64,000 bases of DNA, taken from Pseudomonadota bacterium. GTDB taxonomy: Bacteria; Pseudomonadota; Alphaproteobacteria; MPNO01; UBA830. The notes beneath the pieces were generated by a model, which had not been told where the DNA came from, did not search any database, and saw only the letters and a program-made list of their open reading frames with translations. Numbering within the stretch: the stretch's first letter is position 1; each line of letters begins with the position of its first letter. This document shows, piece by piece, positions 21,158 to 30,784 of this stretch. The stretch covers positions 8,273-72,272 of the forward strand of contig JAYZFO010000020.1 of assembly GCA_036336685.1 (NCBI GenBank), given 5' to 3'. Made by a program: the position numbers and the translations under genes.

Positions 21158-21374
21158 ATGGCTAGAAATATACACGAGAAAAAGATGCGCAATATTTTAA
21201 TAAAGGCAGCTGACGGTAGCCGCTCTTTTTGTACTTATGACACCACACCGCCAGCTACCGCCGGCTCGGATCTATTTGTCTTGCAAAACGTCTTGGGCGC
21301 GATTTCCGCTCTGGATGCCCCCCAATACCGCTAATTTTATAGCGGATGGAACGCTCTACACGGTTTTTAATTAG
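21158..21374 (+). pseudogene. Possible remnant of a dienelactone-hydrolase-family gene (N-terminal ~70 codons, frameshifted and truncated)
   Basis: A 58-codon ORF, MARNIHEKKMRNILIKAADGSRSFCTYDTTPPATAGSDLFVLQNVLGAISALDAPQYR, resembles the DLH N-terminus (..DG..f.a....P......vv.Qei.Gv). The +1 frame continues NTANFIADGTLYTVFN. The similarity is short and hand-judged. Confidence 0.25.
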
Positions 21375-21465
21375 CTTTTTTAACCAATCAAAGACCAACG
21401 TTACTTAATCATGGAAACAGCGGTTTGAAACACTCCAATATTAAAACCTTTTAAAGGAAATATAA

Positions 21466-22440
21466 ATGCCCAAAGCGATTGTAGTCGACCAACCCGGTTC
21501 TCCTTCGGTTTTAAAATGGAAAGATATAGAAGTCGTCCGCCCAGGCAAGGGAGAGGTGACTGTCCGCGCAAAAGCTATCGGCGTCAACTTTATCGATATT
21601 TACCACCGTTCGGGTCTTTACCCGGTATCGATGCCTTATACACCGGGAGGCGAAATGTGTGGTGAAATTGAGGCGGTCGGCGCCGGCGTCAGCGGTTTTA
21701 AAATTGGCGACCGAGTTGCCACTGGCACCGCCGGGCGCGGCTGTTACTCAGAACTACGAAACTTAGAGACCGGACTACTAATCAAGGTCCCGCGAGAAAT
21801 ACCGAATGATGTCGCAGCCGCAATGATGCTGCAAGGCATGACCGTGCAGTTTCTAATCCGTCAGGTATACAAAATTGCAAAAGGGGACACTATCCTGGTC
21901 CATGCAGCTGCCGGTGGTGTTGGGTTAATATTATGTCAATGGGCAAAACACCTGGGAGCCACTGTAATCGGCACCGTCGGCTCACCCGGCAAGGCTCGAC
22001 TAGCAAAGGCCCATGGATGCGACTTTCCTATAATCTATAGCCGCGAAAATTTTGTGGACAGAGTACGTAAAATCACCAAAGGCTCCATGGTTCCGGTCGT
22101 ATACGATTCGATAGGCAAAGCAACCTGGCCCGCTTCCCTCGATTGCCTCCAGCAACAAGGCCTATTTGTCACTTTTGGCAACGCTTCAGGGCCCATACCA
22201 CCAATTGAGCCCGGGATTCTGGCGCAAAAGGGTTCCCTGGTCATGACACGACCAACGCTATTCCATTTTGCAGACACCCCCGAAAAAATGAGAAAAATGG
22301 CAACGGAAGTGATGAAGGTTATAAAGGCTGGCGCGGTAAAAATTGAGGTTAATCATAAATATTCTTTGCGTGAGGCAGCTCGCGCGCACCGCGATTTAGC
22401 TGCCAGGAAAACCACGGGATCGATCGTCCTAGAGCCCTAA
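21466..22440 (+). CDS. qor: NADPH:quinone oxidoreductase (zeta-crystallin-like MDR)
   Basis: VRAKAIGVNFIDIYHRSGLY, AAAGGVGL cofactor motif and a C-terminal TTGSIVLEP-like tail. Confidence 0.8.
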   Translation: MPKAIVVDQPGSPSVLKWKDIEVVRPGKGEVTVRAKAIGVNFIDIYHRSGLYPVSMPYTPGGEMCGEIEAVGAGVSGFKIGDRVATGTAGRGCYSELRNLETGLLIKVPREIPNDVAAAMMLQGMTVQFLIRQVYKIAKGDTILVHAAAGGVGLILCQWAKHLGATVIGTVGSPGKARLAKAHGCDFPIIYSRENFVDRVRKITKGSMVPVVYDSIGKATWPASLDCLQQQGLFVTFGNASGPIPPIEPGILAQKGSLVMTRPTLFHFADTPEKMRKMATEVMKVIKAGAVKIEVNHKYSLREAARAHRDLAARKTTGSIVLEP

Positions 22441-22490
22441 TTTTCAATCGTTATTCCACGCAAAAACTATACACATCTATAAGTAGGGCC

Positions 22491-23747
22491 TCATTGATTC
22501 ATAGAATCAAAAAAATCATCGTTGGACTTTGTGCCTTTTAGCTTTTCAAGTAGGAACTCCATAGCGTCTACCACGCCCATTGGTGTAAGTATTCTGCGCA
22601 GCACCCACATTTTCGCCAAAACCCCCTTATCCACCAATAATTCTTCTTTTCGAGTTCCCGATTTCGTGATGTCCATTGCCGGAAAAGTACGTTTATCCGC
22701 CAGCTTCCTATCGAGAATTATTTCTGAGTTTCCCGTGCCTTTGAATTCCTCAAAAATGACTTCATCCATCCGCGAACCGGTATCGATTAGAGCCGTTCCA
22801 ATGATTGTCATCGAACCGCCTTCCTCTATATTGCGTGCGGCACCAAAAAAGCGTTTCGGCCGCTGTAGTGCGTTCGCGTCAACACCACCTGTCAACACCT
22901 TGCCTGAAGACGGCACCACCGTGTTATAGGCGCGTGCCAAACGAGTGATCGAGTCAAGCAAAATTACTACATCGTGTTTATGCTCGACTAGCCTTTTAGC
23001 CTTTTCAATAACCATTTCGGAAATGGTAACATGGCGAGAGGCTGGCTCATCAAACGTAGACGAAATTACCTCGCCATTCACAGACCTTTGCATATCGGTG
23101 ACCTCTTCCGGTCGTTCGTCTATTAGAAGCACTATAAGATATACATCGGGGTGAGATGAGGTTATAGCAGCTGCTATCGACTGTAACATCATCGTTTTAC
23201 CAGTCCGGGGCGGGGCAACTATTAAACCCCTTTGGCCCTTCCCCAGCGGCGTTATAAGGTCCACAATTCGTGGTGTCATATCGCTAACTGATGGATCAGC
23301 GGTGTCTAAATTTAGTTTTTCTTCCGGGTAAAGGGGTGTCAAATTATCAAAATTAATTCGATGACGTACTTTTTCAGGATCGTCAAAGTTAATTTGCCCA
23401 ACCTTTAATAGCGCAAAATAACGTTCTCCATCTTTGGGTGCCCGAATTTCACCCTCTACCGTATCACCCGTCCGTAACCCAAACCGGCGTATTTGGCTGG
23501 GCGACACATAAATATCATCCGGTCCAGGAAGATAGTTCGCTTCTGGAGACCGAAGAAATCCGAAGCCATCCTGAAGAGTTTCAAGTACGCCATCACCAAA
23601 TATTGGCACATCATTTTCCGCGAGTTGTTTCAGAATGGCGAACATAATGTCTTGTTTACGCAGGCTCGATGCGTTTTCAATCTCTAGCTCCTCAGCCTGA
23701 GAAAGAAGTTCTTGGGGCGATTTTTGTTTTAGTTCCTGAAGGTTCAT
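22491..23747 (-). CDS. rho: Transcription termination factor Rho
   Basis: N-terminal [18 protein letters not shown]-binding GFGFLR, Walker A PPRTGKT, and LIDERPEEV. Confidence 0.95.
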   Translation of the reverse strand: MNLQELKQKSPQELLSQAEELEIENASSLRKQDIMFAILKQLAENDVPIFGDGVLETLQDGFGFLRSPEANYLPGPDDIYVSPSQIRRFGLRTGDTVEGEIRAPKDGERYFALLKVGQINFDDPEKVRHRINFDNLTPLYPEEKLNLDTADPSVSDMTPRIVDLITPLGKGQRGLIVAPPRTGKTMMLQSIAAAITSSHPDVYLIVLLIDERPEEVTDMQRSVNGEVISSTFDEPASRHVTISEMVIEKAKRLVEHKHDVVILLDSITRLARAYNTVVPSSGKVLTGGVDANALQRPKRFFGAARNIEEGGSMTIIGTALIDTGSRMDEVIFEEFKGTGNSEIILDRKLADKRTFPAMDITKSGTRKEELLVDKGVLAKMWVLRRILTPMGVVDAMEFLLEKLKGTKSNDDFFDSMNQ

Positions 23748-24106
23748 AATGTTTGAAAGTACTATTTTGTTAAAGATTGTTGACGGAATCGAAATCGAAT
23801 TGGATCCGCTATAAGTGCGCGGTTATCTAAGACTGGGGTAGCGTTTTGTCGGTTATTTTTGGAGTTTAACGCGGGATACCGGCAGGCCACCGTCCCAATG
23901 CACCCCACCTAGTTAAATGATCTAAAAATACAAGTCAAACAATGATTATATTCCACTTCCAAGCACATTCTGAATTTACACTGAGCGTTCAGAAACGCGT
24001 TCCCGACCACCCCAGCGCTCAACGCAAGCAAATACGATCCTCTTTAGCACAAACGACGAGATGAATAATCCGGTATTCGCCGAATAATACTTATTGACCG
24101 CTAGAA

Positions 24107-24544
24107 TCAAAACGGTTTTACCACCGTCATTATAACGATCACAATCAACAGGACTGTCGGCGCCTCATTCCACCAACGATAAAATTTTGCCGGCCTTACG
24201 TTCCGATCAGCCGCAAAATCTCTACGCCACCGCGCAAACAGGAAATGGATGCCCAGCAATAGTACAATCATTGCAAGCTTAATCCAGGGCCAGACCTGAT
24301 GCCAGAGCACAATATCGGAGACCGAAAGCATAAGGCCACCGAACACAAGTGTGAGGATCATCGAAGGATTTACAATAGCCTTTAAAAGCCGTCGCTCCAT
24401 AATCTTGAATGTCTCGGATTTATCCGACCCGGTGTCCGCATCCGCATGATATACATAAAGCCGCGGCAGATAGAGGAGACCAGCCATCCATGCTGTCACC
24501 GCTAACACATGCATTGCCTTGAACCACAAATAGTACTCAGCCAT
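24107..24544 (-). CDS. hemJ: Protoporphyrinogen IX oxidase HemJ
   Basis: 145-aa 4-TM protein beginning YLWFKAMHVLAVTAWMAGLLYLPRLYVYH. It overlaps the hemH stop. Confidence 0.8.
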   Translation of the reverse strand: MAEYYLWFKAMHVLAVTAWMAGLLYLPRLYVYHADADTGSDKSETFKIMERRLLKAIVNPSMILTLVFGGLMLSVSDIVLWHQVWPWIKLAMIVLLLGIHFLFARWRRDFAADRNVRPAKFYRWWNEAPTVLLIVIVIMTVVKPF

Positions 24545-25568
24545 TTTCGATGGTCGTCTTCTGGTAAGGACAGTCGCTGAAACCTCCTGGGCAAATTGCT
24601 CCCACAGCCATCGTCCCGGTTGTTCCTGCTGACGTTACAATATCAGCTAACGACCTGATAAAGGACGGATCCGTGCTAACTGTGGCAGTACGCACATAGA
24701 TCTCCACTCCCGCTTTTCTTGCTAACGTTGCATATTCAATATCAAGCTCTACAAGTGTTTCTGAGTGCTCACTTACAAACGCAATCGGCACAACAATAAT
24801 TGCCTTGCCCTCTGCTCCAGCACGCTTGATTTCATCAATAGTATAAGGTTGAAGCCATTCCATCGGACCGACCCGGCTTTGGTAACAAATGGTATAATCG
24901 ACCCCTGTCCTAACTAGTTTGCGCATAACGGCTACCGCCGTTCGTTCCACCTGGTACGGGTAAGGATCCCCCGCATCAACTATACTTTTCGGCAAGCCGT
25001 GAGCAGAGAAAAGAATACGGTAGGGCGCATTGTCTGGAAGCTTGTCAATTGCTGAGTCGATTGTTCGACAAACCGCGTCGATAAAACCTACTGCTTCCGG
25101 CCAGCAGCATATTTGGGTCGTTGGCGCGTTTAACGCCGCACTCTTCGCCGCTTTTTCCCATATACGCATGAAACTGCTGGTTGTCGTCGACGAAAACTGG
25201 GGGTAAAGCGGTAGCAGTATAACTCGTTCCGGTTTCCAGTTTACTACGTCACGGGCCACGGCATCAGCAAAGGGGTGCCAGTAACGCATAGAAACAAAAA
25301 CCCTATAGTTTTTTTCTAGCAAATTCTGGAGCGCCACTCCCTGTTTTTGCGTCTCCGGCAATATCGGCGACCGACCGCCAATTTCAGCATAAATTAATTT
25401 CGCCGCAGGGGTTCGCCGCCATGCAATCAGACGGGCCAACACCCAACGAACAGGCGCCGGCATCCGCAATATTTTGGGGTCCGAAAACAAATTTTTAAGG
25501 AATGGATAGACGGAATTTATGCTATCAGGTCCCCCTAAATTATACACCACTACAGCTATTTTCTTCAT
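24537..25568 (-). CDS. hemH: Ferrochelatase
   Basis: VVYNLGGPD, LPLYPQFSSTT, FSAHGLP and SEHSETL motifs. Confidence 0.9.
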   Translation of the reverse strand: MKKIAVVVYNLGGPDSINSVYPFLKNLFSDPKILRMPAPVRWVLARLIAWRRTPAAKLIYAEIGGRSPILPETQKQGVALQNLLEKNYRVFVSMRYWHPFADAVARDVVNWKPERVILLPLYPQFSSTTTSSFMRIWEKAAKSAALNAPTTQICCWPEAVGFIDAVCRTIDSAIDKLPDNAPYRILFSAHGLPKSIVDAGDPYPYQVERTAVAVMRKLVRTGVDYTICYQSRVGPMEWLQPYTIDEIKRAGAEGKAIIVVPIAFVSEHSETLVELDIEYATLARKAGVEIYVRTATVSTDPSFIRSLADIVTSAGTTGTMAVGAICPGGFSDCPYQKTTIENG

Positions 25569-25572
25569 ATGA

Positions 25573-26607
25573 TCACTGTGTACGAACCACCGATACTAAT
25601 TGTTCTACATGTTTTATTGGCGTTTCGGGAAGAATGCCATGTCCCAGATTAAAGATGTGCGGACCGTTCGACAGTGCTTTAACAATTTGTCGTGCTTGAA
25701 CTGTTAATTCCAAACCTCCCGCCAACAGTAACACAGGGTCTAAGTTGCCCTGGATAGTTGCATAGTCTTGAAGTGATCCAGCCGCCCAAGCAGGATCTGC
25801 AGAGTAATCAATACTTATAGCATCAACTTCTGACGTTTTAACGAATTCTGGAAGGTGTACTGTTGCACCTCGAGGAAACACCACGATAGGAATGTCGGGA
25901 TGAACCTCTTTCACCCGGTTTATAATTTCTAGTATTGGCTCAATGCAGAATTTAACAAAAGCGTATCGTGGCAAAACACCAGACCAAGTATCAAAAATTT
26001 GCAATGCATCCGCACCGCGCTCTACTTGTTGTATTAAATAACTACTGGTTGCTTTTACTAACAGCGTTATTAATCTTTGAAATTGTTTAGGTGCACCGAG
26101 CGCCCAGGTTTTCGCATAAATAAAATCCCTGCTGCCTTTACCTTCAACCATATAAGCAGCCACTGTCCACGGTGCGCCTGCGAAGCCTATCAACGCTGTT
26201 TTTTTTGGTAAGAGCGCCGAGACATTTTGTACCGTTTGGTAAATCGGTGCCAACCGGGTATGTAGGTGTTCTAACGAAAGTTTTTCGAGATCTTCTAACG
26301 ACCTTATCGCATCTAACCGCGGTCCTTCTCCCTCATTAAATGATAGGCCCTGACCTAGAGCATGTGGTAAAAGCAAAATATCTGAAAACAGAATAGCTGC
26401 ATCGAAATCAAAACGCTTAATTGGTTGCAGTGTGATCTGAGTTGCTTTGTCTGAATCATAACAAAGATCAAGAAAACCCCGGGATTTTTCTCGAATTTTT
26501 CGATACTCAGGCAAGTAACGGCCTGCTTGGCGCATAAGCCAAATAGGAGGCGGGTCAACGCGTTCGCCCTTTAGACTTTGGATAAGCGGTTTAGAATGTT
26601 TGGTCAC
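25573..26607 (-). CDS. hemE: Uroporphyrinogen decarboxylase
   Basis: PPIWLMRQAGRYLPEYR N-terminal signature, 344 aa. Confidence 0.95.
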   Translation of the reverse strand: MTKHSKPLIQSLKGERVDPPPIWLMRQAGRYLPEYRKIREKSRGFLDLCYDSDKATQITLQPIKRFDFDAAILFSDILLLPHALGQGLSFNEGEGPRLDAIRSLEDLEKLSLEHLHTRLAPIYQTVQNVSALLPKKTALIGFAGAPWTVAAYMVEGKGSRDFIYAKTWALGAPKQFQRLITLLVKATSSYLIQQVERGADALQIFDTWSGVLPRYAFVKFCIEPILEIINRVKEVHPDIPIVVFPRGATVHLPEFVKTSEVDAISIDYSADPAWAAGSLQDYATIQGNLDPVLLLAGGLELTVQARQIVKALSNGPHIFNLGHGILPETPIKHVEQLVSVVRTQ

Positions 26608-26731
26608 GATTTTCCCAATATCCCAGGAACTTTGTGAAATACAAACCCTTCGTATTTTAATTTACAAAATAATTACTAAAATTAAATAGGTAGTATTAGT
26701 AGTAGTGCCTGTGAATCTTGGGGATCCTTAT

Positions 26732-26740
26732 ATATCCACA
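26732..26740 (+). promoter_or_regulatory. DnaA box candidate ATATCCACA (8/9 match to TTATCCACA)
   Basis: Read directly from the sequence. It is the only 8/9-or-better match I found in the gap. Confidence 0.5.
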
Positions 26741-26848
26741 GATCTACACACAAGGTATGTAGAATGTGAGCTGTTTACTTTAAACCACAAATCTTTGTCT
26801 AAAATCTCTGATACAAACTGTGGGGTTTTGGAGTTTTAAATATCTGAA

Positions 26849-26928
26849 TAACGGGCATAACTAATTTTGCCCCAGGACATATGATATTGAACTAAGAGGT
26901 TAGTAGCACACCGGATAAATTTCGCCTA
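26849..26928 (+). repeat. Two perfect copies of TAACGGGCATAA (26849-26860 and 26917-26928) in direct orientation inside the putative origin
   Basis: Read directly from the sequence. Centre-to-centre spacing is 68 bp. Confidence 0.9.
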
Positions 26929-27025
26929 ACGGGCATAAAATTAATTATTCTCATTACAAAAACTATTTATACCCATATTGTTACACCGGTTGTTTGGTAA
27001 ATAACGAATCATTAGGGGCAAAAAC

Positions 27026-27841
27026 GTGGAGGAAAATTACCACATCCACCTTATTTCCGACTCTACGGGAGAAACAACACAGGGGGTTTTAAAAGCTAGT
27101 ATAGCTCAGTTCGAGGGCATCTTGGCACAAGAACATATTTGGCCAATGATTAGGTCAACAACGCAAATGGAGCAAGTAATACAAAAAATTCATGAAAACC
27201 CAGGGCCAGTAATTTTTACCCTGGTTTCAACGCGCATCCGAGAGCTTCTGATGGAGGGATGTATAAAGGCGAATGTTCCCTGTATATCTGTTCTGGACCC
27301 AGTAATAGAGACGTTAGGTGTGTTTTTCAAAAGGAAAACGGTGAATCGGCCGGGGGGACAACACACTTTAAACGCCGAATACTTCGATAGAATAGAAGCC
27401 CTTAACTATGTTATGGCGCACGATGATGGGCAATCCACGGATTCTCTAGATAGCGCGGATCTGATTTTAATAGGCGTTTCACGGACATCGAAAACCCCTA
27501 CGTCAATTTACCTAGCAAACCATTATGGGCTGCAAACAGCTAACATACCCTTCGTTCTGGAAATAGCATTACCGGCCCAGCTTTTTTGCTTAACGGATAC
27601 GTTAGTGATTGGTCTCACGGCCTCAGCAACTCGATTAGTTCAAATCCGGCGCAATAGACTGCTTCTTTTGAAACAGGAACCCCAAACAGATTATGTGGAT
27701 ATTTCGGTGGTCAAGAGAGAAATAAATCAAGCGCGCAAGCTTTTTGTTGCGCAGAACTGGCCAGTTATTGATGTGACCAGGCGTTCTATCGAAGAGACGG
27801 CTGCCGCTATATATCAACTCTATACCCAGTTTAAAGAATAA
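27026..27841 (+). CDS. Pyruvate,phosphate dikinase / PEP synthase regulatory protein (DUF299 kinase/pyrophosphorylase)
   Basis: GTG start. HIHLISDSTGETT N-terminus and P-loop GVSRTSKTPTS. Confidence 0.85.
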   Translation: MEENYHIHLISDSTGETTQGVLKASIAQFEGILAQEHIWPMIRSTTQMEQVIQKIHENPGPVIFTLVSTRIRELLMEGCIKANVPCISVLDPVIETLGVFFKRKTVNRPGGQHTLNAEYFDRIEALNYVMAHDDGQSTDSLDSADLILIGVSRTSKTPTSIYLANHYGLQTANIPFVLEIALPAQLFCLTDTLVIGLTASATRLVQIRRNRLLLLKQEPQTDYVDISVVKREINQARKLFVAQNWPVIDVTRRSIEETAAAIYQLYTQFKE

Positions 27842-27869
27842 TTAAAAACAGGATTTAATTAAGATTGGC

Positions 27870-28496
27870 ATGCAAAACCAGATGAGCGCTGTTCCTCAAA
27901 CGACAATAGTTCTTGCTTCGAGCAGCGCTTCCCGTCAAAAGCTGCTTGATGGGGCAGGCATACCACACAGTGTTGAACCATCAAAAGTTGATGAGGAAGA
28001 AGTAAAGCGAAGTATGCGCGAAGCGGGCAGAACCGGTATAGAGCTAGCGGAGGCATTGGCAGAGTTGAAGGCAATGACCATTTCCAGAAAACAACCGGGA
28101 AAATTAGTATTAGGCGCAGATCAGATCCTTGATTGTGATGGAAAAACCTTTGATAAACCGCGTAATTCGGCCATCGCCGCTGAACACCTGAGGTTTTTAC
28201 GGGGAAAATCACACCAATTGATATCCTACGCAGTGATTGTCCAGGACAACGTGCGTGTTTGGAGTGCGGTAGAGACGGCAAAAATAACAATTAGGTCCAA
28301 TCTAAGCGATCAGTTCATTGATAATTATATAACTCGTTGTGGGTTAGATATTTTAAGTACCGTAGGTGTATATAAGGCGGAATCCTTAGGCGCTCAGCTT
28401 TTTTCAAAAGTCCAGGGCAGCCACTATACTATTCTTGGTTTACCCCTACTTCCATTACTTCATTATTTGCGAGAAACAGGGGTTATTTACAAGTGA
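27870..28496 (+). CDS. maf: Maf-like nucleoside-triphosphate pyrophosphatase
   Basis: IVLASSSASRQKLL, LGADQIL and ESLGAQLF motifs. Confidence 0.85.
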   Translation: MQNQMSAVPQTTIVLASSSASRQKLLDGAGIPHSVEPSKVDEEEVKRSMREAGRTGIELAEALAELKAMTISRKQPGKLVLGADQILDCDGKTFDKPRNSAIAAEHLRFLRGKSHQLISYAVIVQDNVRVWSAVETAKITIRSNLSDQFIDNYITRCGLDILSTVGVYKAESLGAQLFSKVQGSHYTILGLPLLPLLHYLRETGVIYK

Positions 28497-29350
28497 GTTT
28501 CACGTCCTCCGCGGTAGTTGCTGGCATATCGGGCTGGCCAGTAAAACATTCACGGTCTCCGCGAATCCACAATTTTTGGCTAAAGAAATATGGGATAGAC
28601 GGTGTTTACGTGCCTCTTCCAATCACCCCTCAGGATGCTTTTGGCGCATTCCGCTCGGTGCCTGGACTTGGTATTGCTGGCCTAAACGTGACGACCCCAC
28701 ACAAAGAAACAGCGTATAATGCGGTGGATGAGGCCGATGAGTGGGCCAAGCAACTGAAGGCGGTAAATACAATCACTGTCCGAAATGGTTTGCTATATGG
28801 GACTAATACCGATGCATATGGTTTTATAGAAGCCCTTCGAGAATCACACCCTACCTGGGTTGCTAGTTCTGGACCTGCGGTGGTTTTGGGCGCTGGCGGA
28901 GCAGCCAGGGCTGTGGTAGCCGCGCTAATAGCGGAGGGAGCGCCGGTCGTCCGCGTTTTGAATAGAACCATAAATAGGGCTGAGACACTTTGCGACGACC
29001 TCGGCTATCCAACCACCCCTATTCCATGGCCAAAGCGCGAGGAAGCTTTAGAGGGCGCAATGCTGGTCGTGAATACCACCGTGCTTGGTATGTCCGGACA
29101 GCCTAACCTTGACCTCGGATTGCGCAACTTGGGGGCATCCGCTGTTGTCTATGATATTATTTATACCCCGCTGGAGACATCTTTTCTCAAAGAAGCCCGC
29201 TCCCGCGGAAATATTGGTATCGACGGTCTTGGTATGTTGTTGCATCAGGCCCGACCGGGTTTTAGGGAGTGGTTTGGTACCGAACCAGAAGTGGACAGTC
29301 AATTACGAGAGTATGTCTTAGCAGACTTAGTTACCGAAACTAACCGATGA
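28493..29350 (+). CDS. aroE: Shikimate dehydrogenase
   Basis: GTGA overlap with maf. HSRSPRIHN, GLNVTTPHK, VLGAGGAARA and NTT motifs. Confidence 0.9.
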   Translation: MSFTSSAVVAGISGWPVKHSRSPRIHNFWLKKYGIDGVYVPLPITPQDAFGAFRSVPGLGIAGLNVTTPHKETAYNAVDEADEWAKQLKAVNTITVRNGLLYGTNTDAYGFIEALRESHPTWVASSGPAVVLGAGGAARAVVAALIAEGAPVVRVLNRTINRAETLCDDLGYPTTPIPWPKREEALEGAMLVVNTTVLGMSGQPNLDLGLRNLGASAVVYDIIYTPLETSFLKEARSRGNIGIDGLGMLLHQARPGFREWFGTEPEVDSQLREYVLADLVTETNR

Positions 29351-30003
29351 TTATAATAGGCTTAACTGGCTCTATAGGAATGGGCAAATCAACAGCGGCA
29401 GGAATTTTTCGTCGATTGCGGATACCAGTCTATGATTCGGATTTGTCGGTCCATCGAGTCCTTGGTGTTGGTGGCGCGGCCGTCGCGCCAATCGGAAGGC
29501 TGTTCTCCAGTGTAGTAAAAGAAGGCAAGGTAGATCGTGATGCTCTCGGCAAACGGGTTTTTTCCGACCCAGAAGCCCTGAAAGAATTAGAGGAGATAGT
29601 TCATCCCCTGGTGCGACGGAAGCAAGATTCATTTCTGCGGCTGTACGCTGCTCGACGATCTCCAATAGTGGTCCTAGATATACCGCTGTTATTTGAAGTG
29701 GGCCTTAATTTCCGTTGTGACCTATCAATTGTTGTTTCGGCACCACAGTTTATCCAAGAGGCGCGGGTTTTAGCGAGACCGGGTATGACAAGAGAAAAGT
29801 TTACTGGGATTGTTGCTCGGCAAATGTCGGATCATGAAAAGTGCCGACGAGCGGATTTTGTGATACCGAGCAACCGGGGAAAGCGCGAGACCTTACGAAG
29901 GTTGACGAATGTACTAAATTTCGCAAAATCATTATCAGTTAGTCATTGGCCACATGATCCGTTTTATGATCGGATAGCGACCGAACGGAGTTTAAATGCG
30001 TGA
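29347..30003 (+). CDS. coaE: Dephospho-CoA kinase
   Basis: ATGA overlap with aroE. P-loop GLTGSIGMGKST. Confidence 0.9.
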   Translation: MIIIGLTGSIGMGKSTAAGIFRRLRIPVYDSDLSVHRVLGVGGAAVAPIGRLFSSVVKEGKVDRDALGKRVFSDPEALKELEEIVHPLVRRKQDSFLRLYAARRSPIVVLDIPLLFEVGLNFRCDLSIVVSAPQFIQEARVLARPGMTREKFTGIVARQMSDHEKCRRADFVIPSNRGKRETLRRLTNVLNFAKSLSVSHWPHDPFYDRIATERSLNA

Positions 30004-30688
30004 AATCGTCTTAGATACGGAAACTACAGGACTGGACCCTAAAGCGGGTCATCGCCTTGTTGAAATTGGATGTATTGAACTAGTCAACCATATTTCTACC
30101 GGGGTAACTTACCAACAATATATTAATCCAGATCGAGATATGCCAACAGCGGCCTTTGAAATTCATGGTTTGACTGAGAAATTTCTTAGTGAATTTCCTG
30201 TATTCTCAAAGATTGTGGACTCTTTTCTCAATTTTATTGGTGAGGATCCATTGATAATACATAATGCAGCGTTTGATCTTGGGTTTTTAAACGCGGAGCT
30301 TGAACTACTGGATAGAGATCGGCTTGTATCCACCCAAATTGTCGATACCCTTTCATTGGCTCGGAAGGCGTTTCCCGGCGCACCTGCGTCACTTGATGCG
30401 CTATGCCGTCGTTTTGGGATAGACAATTCTACTCGGGAAAAACATGGGGCGATCCTTGATGCGGAATTGTTAGCAGAGGTGTATCTCGAATTGCGAGGGG
30501 GGCGCGAGCCTGACTTCATTTTAGGTGGGGGTGCAAAAAACCCAGCGTCCGGAGGGGTTGAAGAGCTGAAACCCGGAAAGACATGCACTCGACCATCCCG
30601 TCCGCACGCGGCGTCAGCTGATGAGATGGCTTTACATAGAGCCTTCATAGGGACCTTGAACGAGCCTTTGTGGAAGAGAAGTAAATAG
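29996..30688 (+). CDS. dnaQ: DNA polymerase III subunit epsilon (3'-5' exonuclease)
   Basis: Exo motifs VLDTETTGL, IHNAAFD and HGAILDAELLAEVY. Confidence 0.9.
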   Translation: MREIVLDTETTGLDPKAGHRLVEIGCIELVNHISTGVTYQQYINPDRDMPTAAFEIHGLTEKFLSEFPVFSKIVDSFLNFIGEDPLIIHNAAFDLGFLNAELELLDRDRLVSTQIVDTLSLARKAFPGAPASLDALCRRFGIDNSTREKHGAILDAELLAEVYLELRGGREPDFILGGGAKNPASGGVEELKPGKTCTRPSRPHAASADEMALHRAFIGTLNEPLWKRSK

Positions 30689-30784
30689 GGACAGTTTTGT
30701 TAGTTTAACGGGATAAATTCTTCAGTATATAAAAGTGCTATAAAACGTTCTTTGCAGGGGATTAACGTTGTACCACCACTTCTC

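Larger units (their letters stand above)
26608..27025. other. oriC: Probable chromosomal replication origin (hemE-adjacent alphaproteobacterial oriC)
   Basis: 418 bp with no ORF and a very AT-rich core (about 26645-26705). It is flanked by hemE on one side and DUF299-maf-aroE-coaE-dnaQ on the other, as at Caulobacter Cori. Gene orientation diverges from this point. It contains a near-consensus DnaA box and two GANTC sites, and parS sites lie 8-10 kb away. Confidence 0.6.

Noticed and set aside
26723-26744. Two GATC tetranucleotides (as GGATCC and AGATCT) bracketing the DnaA box, reminiscent of Dam/SeqA control.
   Set aside because: Dam/SeqA origin sequestration belongs to gammaproteobacteria, while this lineage would use CcrM (GANTC). 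Two GATC sites can easily occur by chance, and there is no further clustering.
26608-27025. CtrA boxes (TTAA-N7-TTAA) and additional strong DnaA boxes in the putative origin.
   Set aside because: I checked each TTAA (26657, 26682, 26780, 26836, 26941) and none has a TTAA partner 7 nt away. Other DnaA-like 9-mers have 2 or more mismatches (for example TAAACCACA, TTATTCAGA), so I do not annotate them.
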